64,000 nt of DNA from the human T2T-CHM13v2.0 reference genome, Homo sapiens. Positions 42,947-57,215 of this stretch are shown here, one piece after another. Location of the stretch: assembly GCF_009914755.1 (NCBI RefSeq), contig NC_060935.1. The stretch is one strand, 5' to 3'. Made by a program: the position numbers and the translations under genes. How positions within the stretch are numbered: the stretch's first letter is position 1; the number at the start of each line of letters is the position of its first letter. The notes under the pieces are model-generated. The model was not told the DNA's origin, did not search any database, and saw only the letters and a program-made list of their open reading frames with translations.

Positions 42947-44061
42947 GGTGAGTTCTCTCTCTTTCAGTAGTTCCAGACGTGACCAAGCCTACCTTGTTTA
43001 GGATAAATTCTCCTTATGTGAGAAAATGGGATCCCCCCAGCAAAAGGCACACGGATTATGGGCTGGTCTCCTCTCTGCTTCTTTAATACTACTTAAAAGC
43101 AGTGCCTTTGGCTATTGCTATAATAGAGATTTCCATTAGAGCCATTTTCTCCTTTCAAGATGCTGTCGGGTTGGGGAGGTGCAGAGGCACAGTCTTTCCT
43201 ATGCACGTGTGTTCTCGCACCTGCATGGAAAGCAACACCTCAAGCAGGTGAGCTGTGAAAGGAGGTATGGCAGGGCCAAAGCGCAGAAAGAAAAGGAATC
43301 CCCCTCCCACTGTGCGTGACCACGACCCCCAAAGGTCAGTGGGGCTCTGGGAAGCTGTATCCCAAGCCAAGCAAAAGAGGAGGCTCTCTCTATTTCTTTG
43401 CAGGGAGTGAAGAATTTCAGGTCACTTGTCTCTGTTGGTTTAGCATGGTACCCAAGAACCTACTCAGGCTGACCTCAAAGGTATACTCCAATCTCACCTC
43501 CACCCCGCTTTCTGCTGGCCACATCAAGCTCGCAGTGACCTAGCCCTGACGCTGCACAGCACATCTGTTTTCATGCACAGGTGCCTCTGCTAAGAGGGCC
43601 TCCCACTCCTACTCCTCCCGCTTCTCAGACTAGTCAGTGGTTATCATGCGGTAAGTCCCAGCTCCAACGTCCCCTTTTCTAAAATGTTGTTATCGATTTC
43701 CCTCAGTTATTCAGTGGCTACCTCTGTTTGTAAACAGCAGTCCTTTGTAAAGAGCAAGTACGACTATCAAATTTTAGTTCAGTCACTTAAGGGTATATTC
43801 CTACACGCATGCACATGTGCATGTACAAACCACCTATACTACCAGCTATTGCAGAATGGACCTTTACTAAATTCTAGCTGATGAAGTAGATATTAATATT
43901 TTCATTTCCCAGATAAAAGAGCCCACATGAAACAGTGCTAATACACATTAACAGAGCAGTAGTAGAGGTGGGAGCCCTGGTCTGATCTCTCTGACTTCAA
44001 ATATTTCCTATTGTTCTAATTAGACTGGGAGCCCTTAAAAGACAGAAATTAATAGTTCAGG

Positions 44062-44265
44062 TCAGTGGAAAGCAAACAGACTCTGGACTTAGATCTGGTT
44101 GCAAATTTCAGTTCTTACAGTGATTGCGTGATTATGGAGAAATTACTTAGCCTCAGACTGGGCCTCAGTTTTTCCATCCGTAAAAAGGTAAAACAAACCA
44201 AACTACTCAGTTCACAATATTATTTTAAGCATCAAATGGAAGTTTGTATGTCATGTACTGAAAAA
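44062..44265 (+). mobile_element. MIR
   Basis: gactctggacttagatctggttgcaaat...aaattacttagcctc...gcctcagtttttccatccgtaaaa. Confidence 0.8.
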
Positions 44266-44606
44266 TAAACAGAATGTGAGCTCCAGCCCTTCTTTTTATC
44301 TTTATTCTCCCAATTCTTAGAATACTGCCTGGCACTTAGTGAGAACTCTGAATTTTTTCAAAATGAATATATTTTTTAAAAAGCGGATTGGACCCTCTGA
44401 CAGGTGAACACAGGTGGCAGAGAGCTTGTGGGGGGTGTGTGGTGAGGGGCCTGCTTAACCTTATTTATAGCAGGTGGAATTTATCAAATTGAGACTGATG
44501 CTGTCACTCCAACTCTTTAGTCACAACTTTTTCAAATATTTGATTTGGAAGATTTTCACATGATCTGACTTTTTCCTTTTCATCAACATGACTCTCCCCA
44601 CTGCTG

Positions 44607-44626
44607 CCTCTCTCTCTATCTCTCTC

Positions 44627-44660
<34 letters not shown>
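44607..44660. repeat. Compound (TC)n(AC)n microsatellite
   Basis: ctctctctctatctctctctctttc followed by ~14 AC units. Confidence 0.92.
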
Positions 44661-44662
<2 letters not shown>

Positions 44663-44819
44663 ATATACCCATTCTGCCCCTGGGAACCACTGCTGTGCAA
44701 TGCCGACCACCTCCAGATGTGCAGTCAGCAGAGTTACACAGGCCTGCACAGTCTCTTGGAGACCACACTGAGTCACACCAGGCAGCTGCTAGAAGTGCTT
44801 CAGAAAGAAAGTCACAATT

Positions 44820-45180
44820 TGTTGTCTTCATTTGGAATGCTATTACAGAATACCATAGGCTCGGTGACTTAAACAGCGAACTTACATTTCTCACAATTCT
44901 GGAGGCTGGAAGTCCAAGATCAAGGCACTGGCAGATGTGGTGTCTGACGAAGGACTGTTTCTGGTTTGCAGATAGTGGTTTTCTCATTATTATCCTCGCA
45001 TGGCTGAGAGAAAAACCATCTTTCTCACATATCTCCTTATATAAGGTGCTAATCCCATCCATGAGAGCCCCACTGTCATGATCTAATCACCTCCCAAAGG
45101 TCCCACCTCCAAATACCATCCTGTTGAAGGTCAGGAGTTCAACACGGGAATAGGGAGGGACAGACATGCAGTCCATACCT
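44820..45180 (-). mobile_element. MLT1A/MLT1A0-like MaLR solo LTR
   Basis: tttctcacaattctggaggctggaagtccaagatcaagg...atgatctaatcacctcccaaagg..cacctccaaataccatc. Confidence 0.88.
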
Positions 45181-45229
45181 CATGTATGGTAGGGTAAATG
45201 AATAGAGATCGATTCTTCCCCCAGAACAT

Positions 45230-45628
45230 GAAGTCTGGGGACATAAAGGCATTAGTGTTGAGATATTCAAGGATGCCATCTGCTGTCTAAAGTCTGCTTT
45301 CCAGCTTCCTACCCTCAGTGTGAAGGCATTTGTGTTCATGCTAGTCACCTCTTGGTCATAAGATGGCTGCTGACAAAAAGAGAAAAGTGTAATCCTAGCA
45401 GTAACTGAGTTTTTCATGGGTTATGAAAAAGCTCTCTTGGAATCCAACTTCCACTTACAACCCAATGGCAAAAAAATAGGCCACATGGCCATCCACAGCT
45501 GCAAAGGATGCTGGAAATTAGGGAACATGGTTGGTCCTTGGGATGGGGCACCTGCTGCCCCAAACAATGGCTCCTCTTAGCAAGGAAGGAAGGAAAGATA
45601 TTGCAGGCTACTGGCAATGTCTTCCACA
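45230..45628 (-). mobile_element. MLT1J/K-like MaLR LTR
   Basis: ggtcataagatggctgct, gccacatggccatccacagctgcaaaggatgctggaaa, terminal tgtcttccaca. Confidence 0.7.
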
Positions 45629-46557
45629 CCCCACGTTTTCTCTTCCTTTCATTTTACCTTTTAGTTAGAGAAGGCTGTTCCCTAAAGCACACAGGCTAAT
45701 GGCCAGAGAAATATGTTACCACCTCCTTCCTCTTTTCCTTCTCAACAAATGTTTCACCGTACAAATTACTGGCAGGAGGCAGGGAAAAGTGTAAATCAGG
45801 TCACGAATACAAATCCTGCTGTGAGAGTCTGATGATCCCGTGAGCCCCGCCTGCCAGGTTTATTGAAGGCATGGGAGGTGAGTGGGTCACCGACGTGAGG
45901 CTGCATGACTTAGTGCCTTCAGCTGCGAGTGTCAGCAATTCTTTTCAGGGGATCAGGAAAAAGAAGGGAAGTATGGCCCGAACTAAAGCTGAACTCTTCA
46001 CCCCTTCCCTATGGGGAAGAACAGAGCTCAATGTGTCTGGGAACATGATAAAAAGTGTCAAAACAAAGGCTGGAATTATACTGAGCTGGGGCTTGAAATT
46101 GGGAAGGAAGACAGCAGTTTTCTTCCTCTTCCCTTGATCTCCAAAACCATCCCTTCATGATGGGGAGAAGAAGGCGGAAGCCAAAGGGGTGGAAGGATGC
46201 AGAAATGTCACACTGAGGAATTAATCTCAAAAAAAAAGAATACCCAGGTCTCTACTTCTTAGCATTAGCAGCAACACATTTTGCTCTCTTGTTTGTAATA
46301 TTTGGCTTCCACAGCAACTTAGTATTGAGATTACTTAGTCCTCAGAGCATTCACATGTAAGAGCTACCTATTTAAGAGATGAGTGTAAAACTATGATTCT
46401 GTCCAAGATACCACCCAGCCACACTTTGATGCCTAACACTCAGGAGGCACCAATAGAAGGCACAGAGGAGCAGGGAGGTGGACACCCAGCGGGACAACCC
46501 GAGCGTTCCCCCTTCACTCACCCCTCATGTCTTCTCCCCATCCAATCATCGAATGCA

Positions 46558-46883
<326 letters not shown>

Positions 46884-47754
46884 TAAAGACATGGCTGCAT
46901 GTTACTCTTCCCCCTGCTCCAACCGCCATCTCCTACAACCATCCTCAGCTCATCAAGGGAGACTGAGGGCAGAAATGGTTCTTCAATGACTCCACTGTGT
47001 AAATGGAATGGAAAAATGGTCCCAGCATCGGATCTGCATGTACTTTTGGCTCTTTGAAGATGGCACCACTTTCAACAGCTAGTGTAAAGACAGACAATTA
47101 AAATTTGACATGTTTACTCATTCAGTTTACCTTTGCCAAAAGCCACAGAGGCATAATCAGGGCCTTTCGAGTAAAGCAGTGCTTTGGAGAAGGGTGGCAC
47201 AGTTAAGAGTGGTTCCAATTTAGCATCTAATAATAGCTCAATTTAGTCACAAATCCCATCTGTTTCTACTTGAGGAGTTTTACAGAAGTCAAAGACTAGT
47301 TATTTTCTTTTCCTTTTCTTTTAGCTTGTACGTTCTGGCCCTTCTTCCACCACCCTCACAAACATCCACAGATAACTTGCTTCAGGGGGAGCAACCTCTG
47401 ATCCCATTTAGCACCCCATTAGCCACTTCTCCAGTAGCAGCCCAGCATCTGAACACAAAGCAGAATGTTGGGTGCAATGTGGGCCTGTTTCCTGACTCAG
47501 CATGAGTCTTGGCAGTGTCTGCAAACTGGTCTCCCTGGCCAGCTACAAAGATGGGAAATTACATTCCTTGTTTCTTATCTCCTCCCAAAGGCTAGGTAAA
47601 AATTGATGCAAAGAACTTAGGCAGTCCTTGGAGGAATATGCCCTGCCAGGGCTGGTTATTATAATTTCTGTGGTGTTGCTGCAGGTAGGGAAGCAATGTG
47701 AAAAATCCTCACACTTTCACTCCCTTTGGTTCTCGTTAGTCCAATGTGAAAGCG

Positions 47755-47913
47755 AAAGGGAGGGGGAGAGGGAAAGGTAGAAGGAGGAAGAGGGGAGGAA
47801 TATAGAGAAGGAAAAGGTGAGGTGGGGGGGGAAGGAGAAGAACAGGGAGGAGAAGGGAGAGGGAGAGGAGGGAAGGCAGATGAAGAGAAAGAGGTGAGGG
47901 AGAGGGAGAGGGA
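47755..47913. repeat. GA-rich polypurine tract
   Basis: ~160 nt almost exclusively G/A on the plus strand. Confidence 0.9.
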
Positions 47914-49410
47914 GTATTTGTTTGTTAGATAAGGGTGTTGGGGGACCACAGCAGAGGAGAAGATGAGGGTGAGGCATTAAGACCAACCATTAAGGTCACA
48001 GTGTACCTAGCATTATAATGGTGTGAAAGGATCTGTTGCCAGACTACTTTGGTCCAAGGTAAGTGTGTCCTTATCCTCCCAAGCCTATGAGAGAATAAAA
48101 AAAGAACAGGTCCTTGGAGAGTTTACCAACCATCTTAAACAGTTTGAGGCAGACTATGAAGGGAAAACACATTTACACTACTATGAGAGCACCACAGATC
48201 TTCTTGCTGGACTTTTTATCTTTTTTATCTACATGTTCCCATAAATATCCTATTTCTATCAAAGCTAGTTATTTTATTCCCCTCACTTTTAAAAATCTAG
48301 AACAAGCTGATATTCATTAAGGAAACTCATTCTGAAAATAAGAAGGCATTAGTGAGGCCTCCACTTAGGATAGGAGCCATCTTTCTGGGATGAGGCACTT
48401 CCTACCCAGCATGGTATTCAGCCGGGTGCAGTAAAGGTCTATATCCAAACACTCAGGATTTTGCCCTGGATATTTGATTCCTCACTTGACTTCTCTGTGT
48501 CTGATAAACATAGCTATACAATTAAATGAATTTAAAACCGTTATAAGAAGATATTTTAAATTTTCAAAAGAATAATACTAAAAATCCAAGGCATTCTTCA
48601 TGATAGGCAGAATGCCAGGAAATCCCATCTAGAAACATTCAAACCAACCAGATTTGGTGCAACCAAGTGTCGAGTAATTGGAAAAGCTAAGTGAACTCCA
48701 AGGGCATTAGTCTGCCCTCTTATTTCCAAGAAAAGAGAAAAACATGGGCCCTGGCTTAGCTTGTAACAAATGTAATAATTTGTTAAGCAATAACTTAAAT
48801 GAATTATCATGTTATGCATAGAAATTTCTTGTCCTTGGAAAAAATACTTAGGATTAAATACAAATGAGAAAAGTATTACTAAACACTTAATATTAAGCCA
48901 ATCATTAAATTCTTAGTAGGCAGTACTGCAATGAATATCATCCTCAAACTTGACAATGTAGAAAAGCTCCCCAAAAGAAATTTCCAAAAGCAAGAAAGGC
49001 CAAGTTATTAGCTTTATTGAGACATGCTGTAGAGAAGGAAAGCTTTTAAACAGGGTAAGAGTGGTAGCAGTAAATAATCTAATCAAAACGCAGAGCCAGT
49101 TGGCATATCTCTACTTTCTAACTACACACATTGTATTTCATCATGACATAAGATATTGTCACAAAGTACAGGAGTCATGAGCTGTGTGGAACAATACCAT
49201 ACATCATTCCACAACTCCATGCTGCACTTTCCAAATGGGCTTGAAAAGAATTCCCAACTCTGTACCATTCACCATACACACACACATACACACACACTCA
49301 CACACATACCCACACACACCATTATCAATTTCTTAAGCTTTCTAGTATAGTAAATAAAACAACAATACAAGGTAAAGAATGTGCATTCACACTGACATGG
49401 TTGTATGGTA

Positions 49411-49747
49411 TAGGTTGGCTGTTCCTTACTGGAAATGCTTGGGACCAGAAATGGTTTTAATTTTGGATTTTGGGGGATTTTGGAATATTTGCATATACCT
49501 AATGTTATAACTTGGGGGATGGAATTGAAGTCTGAATACAAAATTCATTTATGTTCCATATATACCTTTTACGCATAGCCTGAAGATAAATTTATACAAT
49601 ATTATAAATGATTTTGCACATGAAACAAAGTTTTGACTGCATTTTGACTGAGACTCATTACATCAGGTCAGGTATTAAATTTTTGACTTGTGGCATCATG
49701 TCAATGCTCAATAAGCTTGGATTTTTGGATTAGGAATGCTCAGACTA
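49411..49747. mobile_element. Tigger4b (Zombi_B; TcMar-Tigger)
   Basis: aaatgcttgggaccagaa...ggattttggaatatttgcatatac...catagcctgaag...ggattaggaatgctca; preceded by TA. Confidence 0.92.
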
Positions 49748-49904
49748 TGTTAGGTAAGGAGCATTAAAGTTATTGAGAAGACCATAGTTAAGCACTGCCT
49801 TCAGTATTCACTAGCACTATGATCTCAGGCATACTGCAGTTGTGGAATAAATTAAAGAACATTGGCTTTAAAGCCCAAGTCTGGAGCTTAAATTGTTTAT
49901 CAAG

Positions 49905-51900
49905 CAGCCACCCAAAAACTCTTAGATCTGATAAATAAATTCAGTAAAGTTGCAGTCTGTAAAATCAATATACAAAAATCAGCAGCATTTCTATACATCA
50001 ATAATGAATGAGCCTAGATAGAAAAAAGGAAGGAAATCCCGTTTACAATAGCTCAAACAGAAAAAAAAAAAAAGGAAAAAAACCTAGGAATAAATTTAAC
50101 CAAGAAGGTGAAAGATTTCTACCAGGAAAACTGCAAAACATTGCTGAAAAAAAAATTGAAAAGGACACAAATAAATGGAAAGACATTTCATCCTCATGGA
50201 TCAGAAGAATTAATGTCATTAAAATGGCCATGGAAAAAATCAACTCAAGATGGTATAAATAACATAAGTATTAAGACCCCAAACTGTAAAACTACTAGAA
50301 GAAAATATATAGAGCACACTTCAGAACATTGGCCTAGGTAAAGATTTTGAGACTAAAACCTCAAATCACAGACAATAAAAATGAAAATACACCAATGGGA
50401 CTATATTAAACTAAAAAGTTCTTCACAGCAAAGCAAATAACCAAAAGAATCAAGAGACAACCTTTTGAATGGAAGAGAATATTTGCAAACTATTCATTTG
50501 GCAAGGGACTAATATTCAGAATATACAAGAAACTCAAATGATTCAGCGGCAAAACAAACAAAATCCTGTTAAAAAGTGGACAAAGGACATGAATAGATAT
50601 TTCTCAAAAGAAGACATACGAATGACCAACAGGTATGTGAAAAAATGCTCAACATCATTTATCATGAGATACAAATCACAACCACAATAAGATATTACCA
50701 TTAGAATGGTTGTTGCTGAAAAAGACAAAAAATAACAGGTGCTGGTGAAGATGCAGAGTAAAGGAGGCTTTTGTACACTGTGGTGGGAATGCAAATTAGT
50801 ACAACTTCTATGAAAAATAGTGTGGAGATTTCTTGAAAAATTAAAAAATATAACTACCTGAAATGCAGCTAACCTACTACTGGGTATTTATCCAAAGGAA
50901 AAGAAATCTGTATATCAAAGGAATACCTGCACTTGCATGTTTATTGCAGCACTATTTACAATAGCAAAGATAAGTAACATGGTTTGGCTCTGTGTCCCCA
51001 CTCAAATCTCATCTTGAATTGTAATCCAAATTGTAATCCCCACGTGTTGAGGGAGGGAACTGATGGGAGGTGGTTGGATCATGGGGGCAGTTTCCCTCAT
51101 GCTGTTCTTGTGAGAGTGAGTCAGTTCTCACCAGATCTGATGGTTTCATAAGTGGTAGTTTACCCTGCTCTCCTCTATCCTCTCTCCTGCCGCCTTGTGA
51201 AGAAGCTGCCTGCTTCCCCTTTGTCTTCTGCAATGATTGTAAGTTTCCTGAGGCCTCCACAGCCATGTGGAACTGGGAGTCAATTAACCTCTTTTGTTTA
51301 TAGATTACCCAGTATCAGGTATTCTTTATGGCAGTGTGAAATAGACTAATACAATAATACTAATACAATGCTAATTACAGAAGTAATTCTATACGTACTG
51401 GAATACTATTTGGCCATTAAAAAGAATGAAATCATGTCATTTGCAGCAATGTGGATGGAACTGAAGATCGGCATATGAAGTGAAAGAAGACAGGCACAGA
51501 AAGACAAATATTGCATGTTGTTACTTACACGTGGGAGCTAAAAATGTTGATCTCATGGAGACAGAGAGTGGAATGATAGATACCAGAGGCTGAGAAGGGT
51601 GTGGGGGGAGGGATGAAGAGAGGTTGATTGATGGGTACAAAGATACATTTAGATGGAAGGAACAAGTTCTAATATTAATATTTGACAGCACAGTAGAGTG
51701 ACTATGGTTAGCAACAATGCATTGTATATTTCAAAGTAGCTAGAAAAGAGGACTTGAAATGTTCCCAAAACATAGAAATGATTAATACTCAAAGCGATGG
51801 TCACCCTACATACCCTGACTTGATCATTACATATTTATGCACATAACAAAAACTCACATATACCCAATAAATTTGTAAAATATGATGTATCAATGAAAAA
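49905..51900 (+). mobile_element. L1MA4-like 3' part with internal deletion, split by THE1D
   Basis: Degenerate ORF2 (KDFYQENCKTL..., KDTNKWKDI..SWIRRIN) and L1MA-type 3'UTR (tttcaaagtagctagaaaagaggacttgaaatgttccc...accctgacttgatcattaca). Confidence 0.9.
50975..51353 (+). mobile_element. THE1D-like MaLR solo LTR
   Basis: atggtttggctctgtgtcccca...tgattgtaagtttcctgaggcctcc...gactaataca; 5-bp TSD ataag/ataat. Confidence 0.93.
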
Positions 51901-51902
51901 GT

Positions 51903-52260
51903 CACCATGTGTGTTCTTTGTTCAAGTTACTTAGTCTAATTTAGCTCAATTTTTTCATCTGAAAAATTGGTAGGGAGAAATAAAATTATATCTGTTCCCT
52001 GTTTTCTGAGGTTGTTGTGAGGTTGTAGTGAGGATTAAATGAGAAATGCATATGAAAGCTCTTGGAAAATCTTTGAGTTATACCAATATTTGTTGTTAAT
52101 TTATTTAACTTCAATGAAGCTTACTCTTCTCATTTATCAAATGGGGATTAAAATAAATCGTTCTCCTGTCTCCTTACAGGATTTTCACAGGACTAAGCAA
52201 GCTAATGTATGTGGATGTGTTTGAGAAACAATAAAGCACTTCACAGGTAATTATCATTAT
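51903..52260 (+). mobile_element. Two adjacent MIR fragments
   Basis: caagttacttag...tttcatctgaaaaattgg...gtgaggattaaatgaga; second copy ctcatttatcaaatggggat. Confidence 0.7.
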
Positions 52261-52856
52261 ATTAGGTTAACCTTGAGATTCCCAATATCATCCTACCAAG
52301 ACTCACTGAGTTCCCTAAAAGCTAAATGCCCTTCATTTCTCATTTTGGTGGCCTTGTAGCAAGGAGCCCTTCTGACATATTAGCAATCCAGCAAATATTG
52401 CCATTCTCAGGTATCTCTTGCTTCCTCTTCCAATTTAAATAATTGTTTGCATAGATCTGCATAAGTTATACATTAGTTGTTACTTTACATAGGCATTTGA
52501 GTTGAAAATAATCAAGCTATTATTAACACTCATTCCTGGTTGTTGTTTTTCTTTCTGTATACCAAAATACAAAATACTCTTTTCTTTGAGGGAAAAGTAC
52601 ATAGTTCATAATAAGAAGTTTCAAAAAAAGAAAAGACAAAGAAAAAAATTAATACAGTGCAATATAGTCATGCTTCATTTCCCATTCCACAAGCTCTTAC
52701 GTTATAAAAACTGCCTCTGCTACCATTAGTTGAACCCTCAATCCAAACACTCATTTCAATTTCAAAAATTAGAATATCCTTAATCTTGGCAGGGGAGGGG
52801 GAGATTACAAAAAAACTTTAACAAAAGTTCCTGTTCCTTATGAAAATAAAGTAAGT

Positions 52857-53511
<655 letters not shown>

Positions 53512-54077
53512 CAGATTACTTAAAAATTTAAATGTGTGTGTATTGTATGATCTAATCATTCTACTGCTAGGTATTTACCCAAAAGAAATGAAAAAAATGT
53601 CTATTAAAAACTTGTACACAGATGTTCATAGCAACTTTATCTGTAATAGCCGAAACCTGTAAACAACCCAATAATACATCAATAGGTGAGTGGACAGATA
53701 AATGGAGGTAACGTTCATATAGTGGAATAGAAAGGAATGAACACAATAACATTAATGAATCTTGAAATAATTATGTTCAATGAAAAAAAGCCAGACAAGA
53801 ATGCCTAGGCTATGAGTCCATGTACATAAAAGTCTAGAAAATGCACTCTAGTGTCTGGAAATAGAATGTAGATTAGCGGCTGCCTGGGTGTGAAGGAATG
53901 GAGAGGGCAGAAGGCAGGAATCCCCAAGAGGCATGAGGAAACGTTTGGGAATAATGGATATCTTCACTATATTGGTTGTGATGATCATATATAACTTATC
54001 CAATTGTACAGTTTAAATACGTGTAGTCTATCGTGTGTCCATTATATCTCATATAAAGCTTGTTTAGAAATGGGAGG
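53512..54077 (+). mobile_element. L1ME1/2-like 3' end
   Basis: ctaggtatttacccaaaagaaatgaaa...gaggcatgaggaaacgtttggg...ttatatctcatataaagct; apparent TSD aaaatgmtgtg at 53501-53511 and 54078-54088. Confidence 0.8.
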
Positions 54078-55879
54078 AAAATGCTGTGGGGAGCATTCTT
54101 GTCAACTGGTGAAATTTTCTCCTTAGAATGATTTTGCCTTTGGCACTGACTATTGTAATAGCTTCTCATATTAGGTTAGCCTTCAGATTCCTAATATCGT
54201 CCTACCCTGCTACTAATTTGACCTTCTTTCTGACTATTCCTTCAGTTGAATGCATCTTTCCTAAGGCACAGTTCCAATCAAAAGTTTTTATTTGCTCATT
54301 ACCTACTGCATTTTTATTCATCTAATTCCCCATATGAACTCCTTATCTTGGCCTCCAAGACAGTTAGTATTTGGCCTCAGTTCCCCTCCCTGAGCTCTTT
54401 CTCCCACTGCCCACTTCCATGCAGCCAAGGTACCATATGCACATTGGGTCGGCGGCAGCTGAGAGTGTCGCTGAGGCATCACTCTATGTGTAAGACTCAA
54501 TTTCTTCATCTGGAAGGTGGTATACTAATTATAATCTGACTAAGGAGTTAGTATGAAAGTGAATGATTTTTCAGGAAGAAATTTAAGCTGTTGGTAGACA
54601 TCATATTTGTCTGGTTATCTCCTGCTCTCTCACTCCTGCAAAGCACGTGCTCTCTCCTTCTCCATCTTTACATATTCCAGTTCTGCTCCCCACGGCATGA
54701 TCCAGCTCAAAATTCTATTTTCCATAGAGTCTTCCTCTGAATTCTCATGACGTGCTAGATGTACTACCGTCTCACAACACACAACACTTAGCGAGCACGC
54801 ATGTCGCGTATGTAAGTTTGTATGATTGTTACATACATAAGTATATACCACTCCACCACCTCCACGCTGGTCTGTAAACTGCCAAAGGACAGGATGGATT
54901 CATCTTTGCTTTCTCCACCATGCCTTGCAGACCACGTGCCACAAATGCTTGTTCACAGGTAAAGGGGAAGAATTCCAAGTATCCTATCCTCTGGCATGAG
55001 ACATTATTTCTTACACCTCATTTCTCAGCTTCCAAGAAGAAAATAATTCTGGGGCTACTTCTAGTAATGACTTGAGAACTAAGCTAAGAAAATGTTAGAT
55101 CCAAAAGATAGTGTCCAGGGTCTGGGATCATGCCCTGATGTGATCTCGTTGTATAGCCTGGCTAGGGGCACTGAACCTGGGATCTCCTGAGTGCCTACTA
55201 TACTCTGCCTTCTCCTTGTACTTACACTTATCTGTCCTTATTTGAGCTGCTGTTATGGCCTTAGCTTCAATTAAACTTATTTTTCAAAAAGTGTATAGTC
55301 TCTATTACCTAGTTCTCTGTCTATTCAAGCTGTCAGCTGTCTTAAGACAGACCGGTGTCTGTGCGTTCCCACAATGACTAGCATGGTGGGCACACAGAAG
55401 TCATTGAATGAATATGTATTAAATTGCACTGGATTTCAATGAATTTGAAAAGTGCCTTAGGAATCTCAAGACAAAAGTGTCAGCTCCTCATTGTACCTTA
55501 ATTCAAAGTTTGAAAATGATATTTTGGTTCAAGGAACAGAGCCAGGGAGCAGAAACTATACTGCCAGATGCATTCACTGAAACTTTGCCAGGTAGGAAGA
55601 GTTTGTTGAGGAAAGCAAGAAGGGGAAAGAGAATAATCTGGATTTAAGCTTGGCTATTAAAGATCAGGAGAGAAAGAGATTGTACTGGAGGGCAGATATT
55701 GAGTCAGATTCAGTAAGAGATCATAAAGTTTACACAAGAGTAAAAAATTGCAATACTTTTTTTAATGTGCCTTTTGTAATAAACAATACCTAAATATTTG
55801 GGCAATTAAAATGTTATAAATGTAATAACTAGAAGGAGGCAGTAAAAAAGTTATTCTATGAATATAATCATGAATTTAC

Positions 55880-56290
55880 ACAAACATGATAGCAACAAAT
55901 TCTAAGCAAATACCCAATGACACAGGATTAGTTAGATAACTATGATACAGACATAAGCTGCAATATTGTGATGACATTAAACATCACTATGGATGATTTG
56001 TGGAAGAAAAGATGCCCATATACATTAAAAGTCCCCTCAAAATTACAAAAATATAATAAAGTTGTGGTAAATGATACAAATGTACATACTATGTAGACAT
56101 GTGTATTATACATATACATTGTTTATAAATACATTTATGTGGTTTATGAGAATAGGAAAGTGACTAGGCTTTTTAAATATATGAACAGTGATGATTGCCT
56201 GCAAGCAAGATTATATATGAGCTATTTTTAGTCTGTTTATTTGTACTTTCTAAATTTTCTCCATTAAATATGAACTCTTGGATAAACAGA
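55880..56290 (+). mobile_element. L1ME4-like 3' relic
   Basis: aaatacccaatgacacaggattagttagataactatgatac...tttctaaattttctccattaaatatg. Confidence 0.5.
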
Positions 56291-57174
56291 GTAATTTGGG
56301 AATAGTTGGACAGTTAGTAAGTCTAGTGGCCCAAATAAGCATGCAATGAAACTAGCTTATGCAAAATAGCAATAATAATAACAATCTGTTCATATTGAAA
56401 ACTTTGGAAATTTTGCATTGAAGGAGAATATAGGACATGTCGGTGTAACCCAGTACAGGATTCCCTCTACAACCATCTTCATGCATGTTTTGCAGGCAAA
56501 TGGGAAATGAAGAAAGGTCAAAAGAAGGAAGGGAGGGAGGGAGTAAAGGGAAGAAAAAGAAAAGAGATGAACGGCGACAAGCGGGCAGGGGGAAAGAGCG
56601 GGACTATGTAGTGTAGTGTTTCGACGTCCAGCAGTAAGCATTAGCCTTGAGGGCTCGTGGTTTAGGAGTGAAAGTTTGGGCCATCACAGCAGGGAGAGAA
56701 TCCTAACAGGTTGACGTGCTGCCTGAGGGCACAGGGGGTGAGATTTGGGTAGAGAACAAAAGAATGAACATAGCTGAAGTCAAAGTTGCTATTGCGGCAG
56801 CCATTCGCTCTGCGTGGGAGGGTGTGTGTGGATTCTGAGCAGTCCAAGGGTTCACCTGGGCTGATGGTTGTCTCTCAGCTCAAGATGTTTCCAGCCATGC
56901 TTTGCCCTGCTGTTCTGAGGCTGGAATGCTAAGAACTACATTTTCCAAACATTTTGCCAGTCTGCTGTCGGTTGAGTTTTGCCGATTGAAGATACCAGGA
57001 TGGCAGGCAAAGGCAAGATGTGGGAAGGATGCTTCCTTCTCTTTCCCTCTTCCTGTCTGTGTGGACCCAGAGGTGGCACAGGCCCCAGCAGCTGTGGGTG
57101 GCCCCAACCTCCACCTTCCCTTTGAACTCCCAGACCAAGTCTCGTTATGCTCTCTCTGACATGCCAGTATTCAG

Positions 57175-57211
<37 letters not shown>
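57175..57211. repeat. Pure A37 homopolymer
   Basis: 37 consecutive A. Confidence 0.95.

Positions 57212-57215
<4 letters not shown>

Noticed and set aside
39929-42970. Dense overlapping ORFs of 60-172 aa around the CpG island
   Set aside because: Expected in GC-rich DNA; no recognisable domains; the longest run through a 20-bp (non-triplet) repeat.
56600-56635. gtagtgtagtg resembling a tRNA-Val or MIR 5' end
   Set aside because: Similarity lasts ~11 nt; no B-box or cloverleaf follows.
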